In this document: in pieces, positions 1 to 15,010 of the stretch
Layout: each line of letters begins with the position of its first letter
Position numbering within the stretch: the first letter of the stretch is position 1
From: the human T2T-CHM13v2.0 reference genome, Homo sapiens
Reading direction: 5' to 3' (one strand)
Length of the DNA stretch: 64,000 bases
Assembly (NCBI RefSeq): GCF_009914755.1
Contig: NC_060926.1
Made by a program: the position numbers and the translations under genes
The notes under the pieces: generated by a model
What the model was told of the DNA's origin: nothing
Seen by the model: the letters and a program-made list of their open reading frames with translations, nothing else
Database searches by the model: none

Positions 1-689
1 CCATCGGCCAGTAAGGAAGACATGCTGCAGTAGTCAAAGCATTGTTTTAAAATATGTTGATACTCACATATAAATAGACGAGAAATAACAAAGCCAAGTG
101 TCAATTTCCCAGCTCTAAATTTGCACTTAATACTGCACAAAATTCCACTCTGTTCCTTTTGCTGACACTGAAAATGAAATCCACAGACAGAACACAAACA
201 GACGGAGTCCTAGGCATTATTTCTGCAGCCACATCTCAGCGGACTTCCAATTGAGAGATGCTTTTAAAATGCCCTTGAAGGAGAGACCCCCCACCAAGAG
301 ATCAGAGGTTTTTGTTTGTTTTCCTCCGGCTACGCCACTGCCTCAGGCATGCACCTAATGGTCTCTTAAGTGATCATTAGGAGCCTTGTTAAAATTCCTC
401 TAGCACTTTTAGCAATTAGTCATTAATTGGAGTTGCCACTTCAGACCCTTCTTAATTGCTACTCCTGAGAGAGGAGCTCTGTGGGGACAAGTGGGCGAAG
501 CAGGTGACTTCCTGCAGTGGGTCATTCAGTAGAAAACATGGCGTCCTGTTTTCCTGCGGCTGCATCTCCAGTACTCTTACCTTAGTCCAGGTCATCCTAC
601 CCCGGCCACACAAGCCATGCCTGCACAATAAGAAACTTGCTTTAACAAATACTCTGGAGCCTGTCCTTGGGTTCGTTGTTGTTATTGTT

Positions 690-920
690 GTTATATTATA
701 ATAACAAGAGCATTTAAAGTACTATACAGTTTACAAAGAACTTCATACATACGATCTTATATAATTTCAACACCATTTTACAGATGAGTATACTGAGACT
801 CAAGATGGTGAAGAGACTGGCCCAAACCCACACAACTTGTAAGTTGCCAGCATGCACCCAGCCAGCTCCACAGCCCCAGGCTGGCCAGCTTCAAAGCCAG
901 TGCTCTGTTCACCTCGTTGC
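690..920 (-). mobile_element. MIR SINE relic
   Basis: MIR core-like ccattttacagatgag..actgagactca with degenerate flanks. Confidence 0.6.
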
Positions 921-1386
921 ACTGCTTCCCAGCAAAAAGGCCCCCTGCTGAGTACAGTCAGCTGTCTCCAGATTTTGAGCATCTTTAGAGACACGGTCCA
1001 GATACACTGATCTGCCACTTCTCTAGAGATCGATAGCCTGCAGTTATGGGACTGCACCAATGTTCTTCATAGGTAGAACAAAGAGCTCATTTTTGTTTAG
1101 TGAAAAATCTTGATGGACTCTCACAAATGAAGGATGGATGCCCAGGGAGCATGCTCTGGCTGAGCTGAAAGGAACTAAGGAAAGGAGAAGAGAAGAAAGG
1201 TAGGATTCAATATCCAAACACATAATACAAAACGAGCCCCAGAGAGAAGAGCTGAGAGAAAGATAGTTCAGCCTCCGTGCAGCAGAGGATAAATAAACGC
1301 TATTGGGGTGAGAATAGCTTAGAGATTTAAAGAACAGATATTAATCAGTTTTAAGTTGTTTGCTTTTCTGTGATGGGATACTATCC

Positions 1387-1806
<420 letters not shown>

Positions 1807-2589
1807 GGTCATCCCCCGCAGGGCCTCAAAGCTTAGGTAAAGTCTGAAATACACACAGCCCTGTGGAGGCAATATTTTGAGAGCGAGAAAGAATTAGAGC
1901 AGTAACCAGCACCAAGTGATAAGATTTATAATAGGATTATATACTGTTTGGTATATACTTAATTTGGTAATATGAATCATAAACTGAAATAATTAAACAA
2001 AGAGAGAAAAGCCAGAACAAAAAATCACTGGGAAAATATATGCCCCTTCCCCAGGAATTCCCAGAGATGTGAAGCGGGACACTAGGTGTCCCACTACTTG
2101 TAGTCTGGGGATTACAGACAAATGTAACAGGTTGAGCCTGGTCACCTGGAGAATCTCAGCAATTGGGCCACAGTTCCATCTGTGGCTTCGTTACACCTAT
2201 GATGTCGTTGTTTGCTCACAAATGAATACCTCTTTTCTATTTAGCAAGTTTCCTAGATGCCTTATTACATGTATGGAGCAGTAAAGTTGTTTTTGTCTCT
2301 CAGTCTACAGCATCTATCCACTTGCAAGGAGGGGTGGTTTGGGAAGAATTCTAATAATGGGGAAAGGACCTCTGCAGGGGGCTTGTCCTTCTCCAGCACC
2401 TTACTGTCCCTACTCACCTATGACCAGAGGCAGTATGGGAAGCCTGAAGGACATGCTGCACCCAGATCACACATTCTAACTCATCTGTCAAGATGCCAAG
2501 GCCCCAGGACTTGGAAGAGTAACCATTTTAGCATTTGGACAAAAAGCCTTGTGGTCCAATAGAAAGAGGTCTGGGCTGAGAGCTTTGTC

Positions 2590-2780
2590 ATGACTTACTC
2601 ATGCCCCGGCCACACAGGAGCAGTTATTAGAATCAGGTCATTCCAGCTCTGCTACTAACCAACTTCACAACTTTAGGCAAGTCACTCAGCCACTCCTGCA
2701 CGCAGTTTCCTCGTCTATCAGAGAACCTCTGCCTCAAAAGATTGCAGTAAGGAAAGAAAGCAGATTTTTGTAAATGTGAA
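2590..2780 (+). mobile_element. MIR relic
   Basis: ttccagctctgctact..ggcaagtcactc..cagtttcctcgtctat. Confidence 0.55.
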
Positions 2781-2929
2781 AAAATGTGGAAAAAAAAACC
2801 TTTAAAAAGTAAAACAATCTGTGATAATGATCAGGGATTATTTCCATTGCCTTATGATGTTTATGGTTGCAGTTTTTAACAATAACAGTAAATGTTATGA
2901 CTGAGGCAATGAGACATGATTAGGTAATC

Positions 2930-3380
2930 TGCATAGCAAGCACTGCTGGTTGGCCAACCAAACGTCCATTGCCAGACTCTTTCTTCTTCCTTGTCTGGCT
3001 TCATTACAGAGAATGGAAAAGCTACAGTCTCACTTTCTTAAACACACAGACAGCTAGGGGTAACCACATGACATAGTTCTGACCAATAAGTAAGAAAGAG
3101 TCTTCTGCAGCATTTCTGATCAGGTTTATTCTTTGCTAATGAAAAAGAAATCAATGTAAATGGCATCCTCTCTTTTTCCTGCACCGAAGGACATGATGCT
3201 TAGAGCATGGAAGTCATCTAATAACTTGAAAGGCCAAGAAAGTTAGTTCTCATTGAACTGCTGAATCAACATCTTCAGTTCCCTATCTATCTCCAGACTG
3301 GTTCTCATATAAGAAAACAAACCCCTATGTTCAACTTTTGTTAGTTACCTGCAGCTAAAAGCATTCCTGACTGATATAAC
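2930..3380 (+). mobile_element. ERVL LTR (LTR33-like) with 20-bp tandem duplication at its 3' end
   Basis: cacatgacatagttctgaccaataag and gttacctgcagctaaaagcattcctgactgatata motifs; tgactgatataacaa occurs twice at 3368-3407. Confidence 0.5.
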
Positions 3381-3819
3381 AACATCTTGACTGATATAAC
3401 AATATCCTATCTATTTTGTCTTATAGAAATTTCTCTCCTAGTGATCTTTATGAAGAGTTTAACTCAAAGAGAAAGGAGGAAATTTTTTCCTCCAAAGGCC
3501 CAAAGCAATAAAGAAATGATCAAGAAAAATGGGTGAATTTCCTCTGCAAAGTAAGTTCGAATATCACTATGATATCAGGCCACTGGATCTCCCCATGTTC
3601 ATACATTTGTCTTGCCAAGAGACCTAGCCTATAACGAAGCCTTCGCTACCTACCCTACAGGGTTCTAAGGATCAAAAGACATAATGGTTGTTAAAGCTCT
3701 GTATAGACTATAAAATGCCTCGTAAAGGCTGAGTTCCTGAGGAGCCTATGCTTGGTGCTGTTTTTGGTGCTGTTCAAGATCTGTTTCTATTTATACCTCT
3801 GTGCTGCTGAATCTCATTG

Positions 3820-4060
3820 CTGTTTTCATCCCCTGTGTCTCCAAAGAGCTCTTGGTCTTTATTTCTAGCTACTTCCTAAACATCTTCACCTGGATCTTTA
3901 ACAGCACTTAAAACTCAGCATGTCCAAAACTGAATTAATTTCTGTTCTCCACAAAGTCATTCCTCTGCCTGTGTTCCTGGTTCCCAGTAATAGACGTCAC
4001 CATACACCTACTTTCCACAGGTAGAAAACTGAGTCATCTTCAACTCCTTTTTTTCCCTTC
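3820..4060 (+). mobile_element. L2 relic
   Basis: cacttaaaactcagcatgtccaaaactgaatt L2 motif. Confidence 0.6.
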
Positions 4061-4127
4061 TAAGTTCCAACTCAAAAATAATTTTGCCTCTTTTGCCTTT
4101 CATCACATGATCATCACATCCCATCAG

Positions 4128-4437
<310 letters not shown>

Positions 4438-4923
4438 CTCATCAAGTTTTTAAAATCTAAATAATAGATAATAATGTTTTCTGACAGTTCTCTCTGCCAC
4501 CACTTTTGCTGACTCCATTCTAGATGGGATCCTCCCAAAAGAAAACTTGGATGGCATCCTTGTGTCAGTTAGAAGCTCCGTGGATTCCACGTAGCTACTG
4601 ACGGGAGTCAGACACCTTAGAGTGGCCCAAAAGCTTCTTCTGAGTCCAACTGCACCTTATCTCCTCAGGCTCATTCTTGGCCCCTCTCCTTCCTAATCTC
4701 AACCTTCTCTCCCTGGATCCTTATATCTAATGGGCACTTGATGATTTTTCCTTTTTCCCATTTCTTGCCTTTATTCCTTCTTTTTTGTTCTCTTATCATT
4801 ATCCCAGTCCAGCCTTTAGTCTATTACATCTGGACTATTCCAAGAGCCTCCTAACAGGGGCTTCCCATCTTTCTTTAGTCCACACTATACTGTCCAACCG
4901 AATTAAATTACTTGAAAAATCCC

Positions 4924-5211
4924 AGCCAAATTCAGTGACTCACGCCTGTAATCGCAGCACTTTGGGAGGCCAAGGTGGGCAGATCACTGGAGCCCGGGAC
5001 TTTGAGACTAGCCTGGGCAACATGGTGAAACCCCATCTCTACAAAAAATTAGCTGGGTGTGGTGGCATGCACCTGTAGTCCTTGCTACTCGGGAGGCTGA
5101 GGCAGGAGGATCACTAGAGCCTAGGAGGTCGAGGCTGCAGTGGAGCTGTGATCGCACCACTGCACTCCAGCCTGGGCAACAGGGCAAGACTCTGTCTTAA
5201 AAAGAAAAAAA
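4924..5211 (+). mobile_element. AluJ
   Basis: Diverged dimeric Alu with ggaggatcact..gaggctgcag J diagnostics. Confidence 0.95.
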
Positions 5212-8200
5212 GGCAAACAGCATTTATCTTGATTAAAAAAAACTTTAAAAAGCGAAAAAAAAGATTCTTCCTACAGAGGTCTCTATTAGCAACGAATACA
5301 GTTCCCGCTTCTCATCCCAGCTTTCATGACCCTCATAATCATGCTGCTTCTTCATATTTGAGCTTCATCTTTCAGTGACTTCCATGGGCACCCTTCATTC
5401 CTAACAACCAAGTACGCTGCACTCCGTGAACACCACTAGGCCTTTCCATTCCATGTCTTTCTCTATTCCCCACACTTAGAACGCTGCCTCGCCCTATCTG
5501 CCCAGACTATGGTCTTCACTTTCCTGCCACCTGTATCCACAGGCAGCTTTCCACTGGGCCTCAAGCCAGAAATGAGCCCTTTCTTGTTCCTGTAAAGTCT
5601 CATAGCTCTTAATTTACCTTGTACTTTCGGGATTTATCATCACTTGCCTTACCCTGTGGTCATCTAGATTCAAAAGTCATGTTTTCTTACATGTTTATCT
5701 TTGCATGTAACACAGTGCCTCCGGTATTATGGATGTAAAATTCTTAGATAAATTGTTAGAGAAATACTTGCTGGGTGAAATACACTTATATACTTATACT
5801 TTGAATATAATATATTTAAAATATACTTATATTTTGAGATCACTTTCACATCTATTACCACAGCACAACAATTACCGGAAGGAGGCAGAACAGATATTAT
5901 TGTCTCTGTAAAACTGGGGCCAGAAAGGTCAAGGAACTTTCCTTACATCACCCTGGAAGCTCAGGCAGATGAACAAACTCACTTCCTGCTTCTGGTGCTT
6001 CACTGGGGCTTTTTCTGCTCAACTCAACTCTCATGGGTCTGAGTCTATCCTGGGCCTTTTCTGGTCCCAAAGCAACTTGCATCACCCTCATTTTCCACTT
6101 CGCCTTGCAGCCCCCACTCCTGTTGGTTTGAAAACACAGCTTCCTGCCGATCTCTCCCCACCCTCTGTGAAATCTGTCTCAGGCACACAGGGAGAAGCAA
6201 GGAGCTAATGTTCAGGCAATGTGCTGCCCTCCTGTGATGAAAGGTGCAATCTCCATCACTCCCTGAGACACAGCATCCCTGCGTCTGTTTTGAAGCAGAC
6301 CTGTGCCTTTGCAGCTGCTTCCCGTGAACAGCAAAGCCATTATCCCGGCCCACTGTTCTCTTCGTCTGACACTCTCTTAAATATGTCATTTTTCTCATTT
6401 TCATTAATAATGCTTTTTTAACACCTGATCAGCCTCACTGTCTGCTCTAGGTTAAGGCCTATTATTCCATTAGAGTTTGACATTTGAAATGCAATGAGGC
6501 ATTCATGCACAGGTAGAGCTAATGGGGAAAATGGCTTGAGTCAGGGCTTTATGTACCAGGCAGTTTGGAAAATGAGAGTGGTCAACAAGAAACAGAAGCC
6601 TGCTTTTGTGCCAGCCACAGAGTTCTGGGTCCAAGACACACTGGGTCCCCTGTGATAGGTTCAGGACACAGATGTGACCTTTTCTGCCACTGGAGGATAT
6701 CAGGCAGGCACGTCTCCCAGATTGTGCATCTAGAAGAACCTGGAGCAGGTGAAAGAAAATTAGGCAATAGACCTAATGACAAGTCGGTGGGCGTAGAGAA
6801 AATTAATTGAACTTTTCTGCCTTTCTCGACTCCTATTCTCCGATGTTCAGGGCAGCCAGTTATTACGGGGACCTCAGAAGATATTTACCGGCCTCTGGTG
6901 CTGCCACGTGCTTGCCTTTGTCAAATGAGTGAGTTGAATGTAACACTCAAGATTAGAGGGGCCAAAGAAGTTGAGAAATTCAGCCAGTGTGTGTCCCAGT
7001 TTCCCTTCCTAAACCTATCAAGTGAAAATAACCGCTTACATTTTGCTTACTTATTTATTCATCATTTACTCAACAAACACTTATTGAAGGCTTTCCGTGT
7101 AGACGCCGGGTATATCCCTGCCCTCACAGAATTTACAACACTTTTACTATTTCCCCACTTTTACTTTCATTCTGACTATAACTCTTCCATGTAAGAAGGG
7201 GAAATGCCATCTTCAGTTTTGAGACGCAGAGTGAATGAAATCTCAGTGGGCATGAAAACGTATGCTTGCAAGAAATACACCTTTCTCTAACTTGTTGTAG
7301 TAAACTTAACTCCAACTCCAAATCTCCATCTCACCAGGCCGGAGGGAATTTCAGTCAGACATCCTGGCAATGGGTCTCCTCCTAAAGATGCGCCAGAATT
7401 GAGAAGCCTTATGTGGTACCAGGAATGGCAGCAGGGACTATTAGTCCATTGTGACTACTGACGCTATCCTCATCTATCAAGCCCATTGTGATCCCTTGAG
7501 ATATGGTGGCCTTCTGTGTCCATGCCACACATGGGGCCCAAGAATCTTTGCTTAGGGTGGGACCCCCGGCGCCTAGATTCTCACCTTCACAGGCTGACTA
7601 CATGGCCATCCCCTCTGAGCTACTGCAGCCCTCTAGGGTGCTGCTCTGAAGCCAGGTGTGGATTCATGATTAAAGTGAGGCACCATAATTGCTGGAAGCC
7701 TCCCTCTCCCCTCTCCCTCCCTTTTCAAGAAAAAAAAAAAAAAAGCAAGTATAATCTTGTTTTTCAGTTTAGTTGTTCCAAACGAAGAAGGAGAAATTGG
7801 CTCCCAGAAGCTTCTATTTTTCACATACTTAAAAACCTCGGAATCTCTGATTCCAAGGCGTGCTAAGGCCCTAGCAACCTGCTTTCAAGGGAGAAGAAAA
7901 AATAGAGAACAAACATTAATTGGCAGTCAAATTAATTATCCTGCCACAGTGATGAAAAATCCAAAATGCCGGAAGAGGTAACATTCATCACCCTGAGCTT
8001 CTCCTCCAATCCTGGCCCCGGCACACACCCCAAATCCAATGGCAAGTGGGGGCTGCCTGCTGCTTGTGGCTGCCTCCCATCCGTCAGTAGATCCAGAGTC
8101 ATGCAATAACATGGAACTGTGGGAAAGCTTCTGTAACTTACATAGATTAGCCACATGAGGAGAGAAGCACATCATCTAGCCATTGTCCCCCAACACCACC

Positions 8201-8854
8201 CCTGCCAGCAAAATAACTTCACTCCTACTCCTATCAGACCGGAGCTCACCATGACCTGAACCCTACCCACATCTCAGCTCTTCCCTTGCCTTATTTTCCT
8301 GCATCTCATCTCTCACGGGAAAAAGCATCCATTCTTTTTCCTTCCAATCTCCAGCCCCACCCACTTCTGATGAGTCTCAGTCCTCCCTAGGGCAACTATA
8401 TGAGATGCTCAGTGTGAGAGGCCATGGAATCCTCCTGAGCACCCCTACTGCAGGCACTTGTAACCCCGGCTCCCTGTATGCAAAATGCTTCAAAAGGGAA
8501 TGAGCATGACAGGAGGCAAGGAGAAAATACGGGCAAAGCCCATGCCAAATTTCCAGGCTGGAGGAGAGCTGTGAGAGCCTACGGTAGTTGAAAACCCATT
8601 TTAAAAGGTTGAATTGGTTGATTGACTAATGGATCGATTCAGTGACTTTATTCAAAAATTGTATAAGCTTGGCCATGTGCTTACCACTGTGGGGTCACCT
8701 CTGAAGGAGACAAAAAGCATAACACAAGTTTTTAGTCTTCAAAGGGGTTCCACTTAATATGGGAGAAAGGCTATACACACATATAGCTAAATGCCAAAAA
8801 TAATAAAGACAACAGCTAATATAAATTGAACACTTATAAAATGCTGAGTGGTGA

Positions 8855-9181
<327 letters not shown>

Positions 9182-9624
9182 CTATGCAAAAGTAATATTT
9201 CATTTATTCATCAAACATCCTTATATGGTAGGTATCAACATGCACCCCATTTGCAGATGGGAAAACTGAGGCAAAAAGTTTTTTTTTTTTACTCAACCAA
9301 AATTCTATATATAATAGTCTAAATTGACAAGGACAATTTATAACAGTTCATTATACTTTTGTTTCTGATAGTAAAAAGGTAGAAATTATATAACTGTCCA
9401 AAATTAAATGAATGTTAAATTAACTATGACAGCCATACAACAGAATATTGTATAGCCATTACACTCATGTATTAAAAAAATAAAATTGTACAGAAAAATT
9501 TTTATCATAAATGTTAACTTAAAAAGAACAGAATACAAAATGTGTATTAGAGAAAGCGGGAGGGACAGGGAGTGAAGGAGGAGGGAGAGACAAAAGGAGG
9601 GAAGGAGGAAAAGAGATCAGAAGA

Positions 9625-9947
<323 letters not shown>

Positions 9948-11753
9948 CTAATAGAATGTCAAAACTTTTCAATCTGTCCATTTCAAATATGTGCGGCTAA
10001 CTGCATGTCAATTAGAACTCAATGAAGTTGTTAAAAAATGTTAACAGAGCATTTCTGTGTGTTGGAATCATATATGATTTTAATTTTGTTATTCTCTTTA
10101 TTATCAACATACTCTAACAGGATTATTCATTACTTTAATAATCATGGGAAATTACACGGTAATTTTGAAAAGAGTTTATGAAAAGGAGCTCTGGGAAGTA
10201 ATATTGGAAAAAAAATTCTGATTTAATTGCTATGGGGTGAGACTGCTGTATATATTCCCCAGGTGATTCTAACATGCAGTGGGGGGTAGGAACCACAGAC
10301 GTACACAGAGCACCTGGCCCAGCAGCTGGTCTGTAGTTGCTATTTGATAAATGGTGGCCATCACCACTATCACCGTCATCACTGTTGTTGTTATGCTCTT
10401 CAGCATTACTGGCATATTTACATTCTCATATTAAGTGAGAAAAAATGCCTAGGTGGAGCAGATGGCTCAGGCATTGGCAGATTCATTGGAAACATCAAGG
10501 AGTAATCAGGTGTTGGAGCTGGTGATATTTTCCCGTGACAGACTCTGTCAGAGGCTTTCATTTTCCCAGGCCTGTGGGATTAGTAATGCAGAGCACTTCC
10601 AGACTATTAGTGTATAAAACTACAATGCAAAAACTTTTTACTAAAATTAACGATGCCAGGCCAGCCATAAAGAAATTCATCTCCCAAGTGACAAGCTCAG
10701 CAGAGCCGCACCAACTTCTGTAACAGACGTCTAGACAATCTGACTTTGAAATACATACCCTAAGCCTGAACAGCCTGAAGTTTCCCAGCCAGTGCCCAGC
10801 CAAAGTTCAAAACAAGAGACCGAGCAGGAATAGAGGATTTGAAGATTATAAATAAACTTATTCATAGGGAAAGCAGAAAGTATAGCAAGCTAAAAATTGA
10901 TTGCCCAGAGAGGATGACTCATCAATGAGACTATAAAAGACCATCTTTCAGTGATCACACAGCAAGACAGTTCATTGTCCTTAAACATTCACTGCCTGTC
11001 ACACCAGGCCTCCCACCAGCAGGCTGCAAAGCCCAGAAATGGCCTCGTTAAGCATTGTAGACATCCCCACCCAGCAAAGAAACAATCCATTTCTCCTCGA
11101 CCTCTTTGAAGCCCCACATACCAGTGAATATATCTGAAATCGGTGCCCTAGATTCCTAGTGTGTCAGCCAGTTGAAAGGATTTGGCCGGGGTCAGTCTGA
11201 CCTGCCTGATAATTTTAAGACATTACACGTTTGATTAAGCATTTTAGGGCTAACGATCTCAACAGGTGAATGAGGTCAGGGCAAGAGCAACCTGAGACAG
11301 TCTCCAACTGCTGAGGCACTGGGAAAGCCACTTTTCTTGCTTTCATTGTATCTTTTGAAGGGTCAAAACAACACAGAACAATCCAGCCAGGTCATTTATA
11401 TAACTCTGCTTTCCTGCTACCTGCTTCTGCAGCATAGTAGGTGGATTTTCAGACACAAAATTTACCTCTAAGGCCTTGAGATTTACTGCAATGACAAATC
11501 TCTAAATGGTATTGACATTCTAGGATATCATGAACAGTACATTACTATGAGGAAAATCAACAGAGATGCCACTTATCCGACAAACATCTCCCAAGCCCTG
11601 GCTATGAAAAAAATCACTGGAGTTGGGAGGTAAGTCAGACATCAATCCTTTCATTAAGGATAAAGGCCTGGTGAGAGGTGATAGGGTGAGCTATGAGCCT
11701 AAGGAGATGGTTAGAAATGTCAAGGTCACACAGGAAGCACAGGTAAGTGGCTA

Positions 11754-12071
<318 letters not shown>

Positions 12072-12869
12072 GATAAGGGAGAGATGACTTCCATTTGGTA
12101 GCGTGGGTAAGAAGAGACTTTAAGCAGTTGATGGTATATGAGCTGGGCCTTCAAAGATTGATAAAATGGAGGTCATGCAGGGATATTGAGGCCTTGAACC
12201 ACAAAGAGGGTAGGGTCATTTCAGAGAGCCTGTACCAGCATGAGACCAGCAAAGCTTACATGAGGATCAGAAGAATGCCTACTAAAAGCTAGTGAAGGAT
12301 TATAAGTAAGTTGCCAAACTAGTCTGAAAACCACCAGGGAGGAGCCAAGTTTGGGAAAAAGTCACACAATGTATGTACAAGTGATAGCAAGCATCAGTGT
12401 CCAATACACCTTCTGAGATACTGGCTGGCAAGGGCTGGTAAAGAAGGAAAGGGGGTGGTCAAATATATTCCAGCAGACTATGATGTGCACATTTTAAATA
12501 ATGATATACATATGTATTTATCAACATGGAAAGGGTCCTCAATATATTAAGCGGAAAATAAAGAAGGTTAAAGAATGTTTTATACAAAATGTCATCTATG
12601 TGTATAGCAAGATGAACCCTACTCCACTAACCCATGTATGCAATAAATACCTCTTTTCTTCACCAGTTGGATCTAACTTTGAGCCTCCAATTTGGCAGAA
12701 AGTTTTATGTCAATCAATAACAGAGTGTCTTTCACATCCCTACAGCTGCACGATAATTTCAGAACTTTAAATGGTACACACAAAACAAAGTATGACCTCT
12801 ACTCTTCAGCCCATCGTCCTCTCCACCAATCGTTGTCCATGCCTGCATCCTACTTGAAGTTCACCTGTG

Positions 12870-13302
12870 CCAAGCATGTAACAGGAAAACCCAAAATAGC
12901 AGTAGCTTAAACAACATGGGGATCTATCTATCTCGTACAAAACAAGTCTGTAGGTGAGCAACCGAGAGCTGATATGACATTTTCTGAAAAGGACCTTCTT
13001 TTTCTACCCCACCACCCTAGAACATGGCTTTCACTCTCAAAGTCAGCTCATGCCCCAAGGGAGCTGCTTGAGCTTCACCATCATACCCTCATTGCAGATC
13101 AGAAGGAAGATGACAGGCAGAAGAAAATTCTTCCTTGAAGTCCCATACAAAATAACCTTTTCTTTATTACATGGCTGCAAGGGAGTCTGGGAATTATCAT
13201 CTTTATCCCAAGTAGGCATGTGCCCATCTAACATGAGGTTCTGTTACTAAGAATAAAGGAGAAATTAGATGTAGAGGTAAACAAGTAGCTCTCCCTGACA
13301 CA
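12870..13302 (-). mobile_element. MaLR LTR (MLT1J/I-like)
   Basis: gtaacaggaaaacccaaaatagcagtagcttaaacaa start and ttctgttactaag end motifs. Confidence 0.5.
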
Positions 13303-14069
13303 GATGTATAAGGAGAGAAGAGAAGAGGGGTGACAGCGGATCCTTGATGGTCATCAACATTTGAGAGATAAGCAACGGACAAGGAACTCATGGAGGGACT
13401 GAGAAGACGCCATTATAGAAAGAGAAGACATTGTGGAAGATAAGGTGTCAAGAAGGGCAAGGGGGAAGGTTTTTAAGCTAGGGGGATGGCTAATAGCATA
13501 GGACAAAGCCAGAAAAAAATGATCATTAGAGATAATTCAATTGCCCAAAGAAAATAGACAATTGGAAAGCAAAACTTCGGGGACTATTTCTTTTGTTATA
13601 CTCTGTCTGGGTACTCAGGATCACCCTAAAATCAATAGTTACATACATTCCATCTAAGGAATAGATGGCCCAAAGGGGCTATTCTGCCATATTAACGTAT
13701 CAGATGAGGCCTCCATGTCTACTTATGCTCACAGGCCATAGCCACACAATTCTGGGGCATTCTTCATGGCTTTGCCTTAATTGCTCTTTGAATTCTCATG
13801 GTTTCAGGAGCACAAACACACTGATCTTCATATAAGAGATGATTAGACCAGACTCAGGAAGAAAGCCAAGCACCTATTCATAGTGCAGCATAATAAGAAA
13901 AATAACTAACATTTATTAAAACATGTATTACATGCCAGGCACCGTGCTAACCTCTCAATGAATATTAGCTCTGTGTTTGTGTGTGCATGTGCACGTGTGC
14001 ATGTGTGCCTATATAATTAACGTTTGTATGTAATTAATTCTCAAAATGTTCTATGAGGCATGCTTCCCC

Positions 14070-14370
14070 AGGCTCTTTGATCTTGGACTTCCCATGCCCC
14101 AGAACTGTGAGGGTTCTCTTGCTGGCTAGCAAATGCCTGTCTTCTGGTTACATCCACATGTGGCATTTCTTTGTTGCATGCACACAGAGTGAGATCCTGC
14201 ACCTCCACCTTTTTTCATAAGGGCATTCATCCCATAATGAGGGGCCCACACTTATGATCTTATGGTCTTATCTAACCCTAATTGGCCCCCAAAAGAACCC
14301 ACCTCCAAATACCATCATACTGGGGATTGAGGCTACAACATATGAATTTTAGAGCAACACAAACATTCGT
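14070..14370 (-). mobile_element. MaLR LTR (MLT1A-like) inside a MIR
   Basis: cccacctccaaataccatcatactggggatt..caacatatgaatttt..cacaaacattc. Confidence 0.7.
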
Positions 14371-14759
14371 TGTAAAGCAGGCAGATATTCTTATCTTCAT
14401 TTTACAGGCGAGAAATCAGAGGATAAGAGAGGTTAAATGGTTTGCCCAGAAGCAGAGGCCGTTGATTCCCATGTCCATTGCTGCTTCTGCATACCCTGCT
14501 GCCTCCATAGCAACAATACATTTTAGCAAATTTCTCATTATTTTTAGGTACAACTCCTTCTTCCATACTCCAGTTTTATCTGTTACCCTCTGGGCTATGA
14601 TTAGTTGGAAACCTAATTAGTGAGCTAGTGACAATGAGGGTTTACATAGAGCAGATCATTATTTTCTTCCCAGTGAAAAGCAATTCAGAGGGACTTGAAG
14701 GTCAGGGGTTCTCCAAATCCCCTGGATTCTTCAAGACATTTTGATGATATTATCTGGAT

Positions 14760-15010
14760 GATAATAATAATGGCTAAACATCCATTGGACACTTATTTTC
14801 TACACATTTAACTTGTATTAATTCATTTAATTCCCACCTAATGACCTTGTAAGGTAGATATTATCATCCCTATTTTACAAGTAAGCAAAAGGGAAAACTG
14901 AGGTACAGAAAGGCTAAGGCTACTTTTGCAAAAACCAGTTAGTGAATACTAAAACTTAAATTTGAGCCCAAGCAGAATGACTCTGGAGGCTGGTTGTTAA
15001 CCACTCTGGT
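14760..15010 (-). mobile_element. MIR
   Basis: ataataataatggcta..atccctattttaca..gaaaactgaggtacagaaagg..tttgagcccaagcag. Confidence 0.7.
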
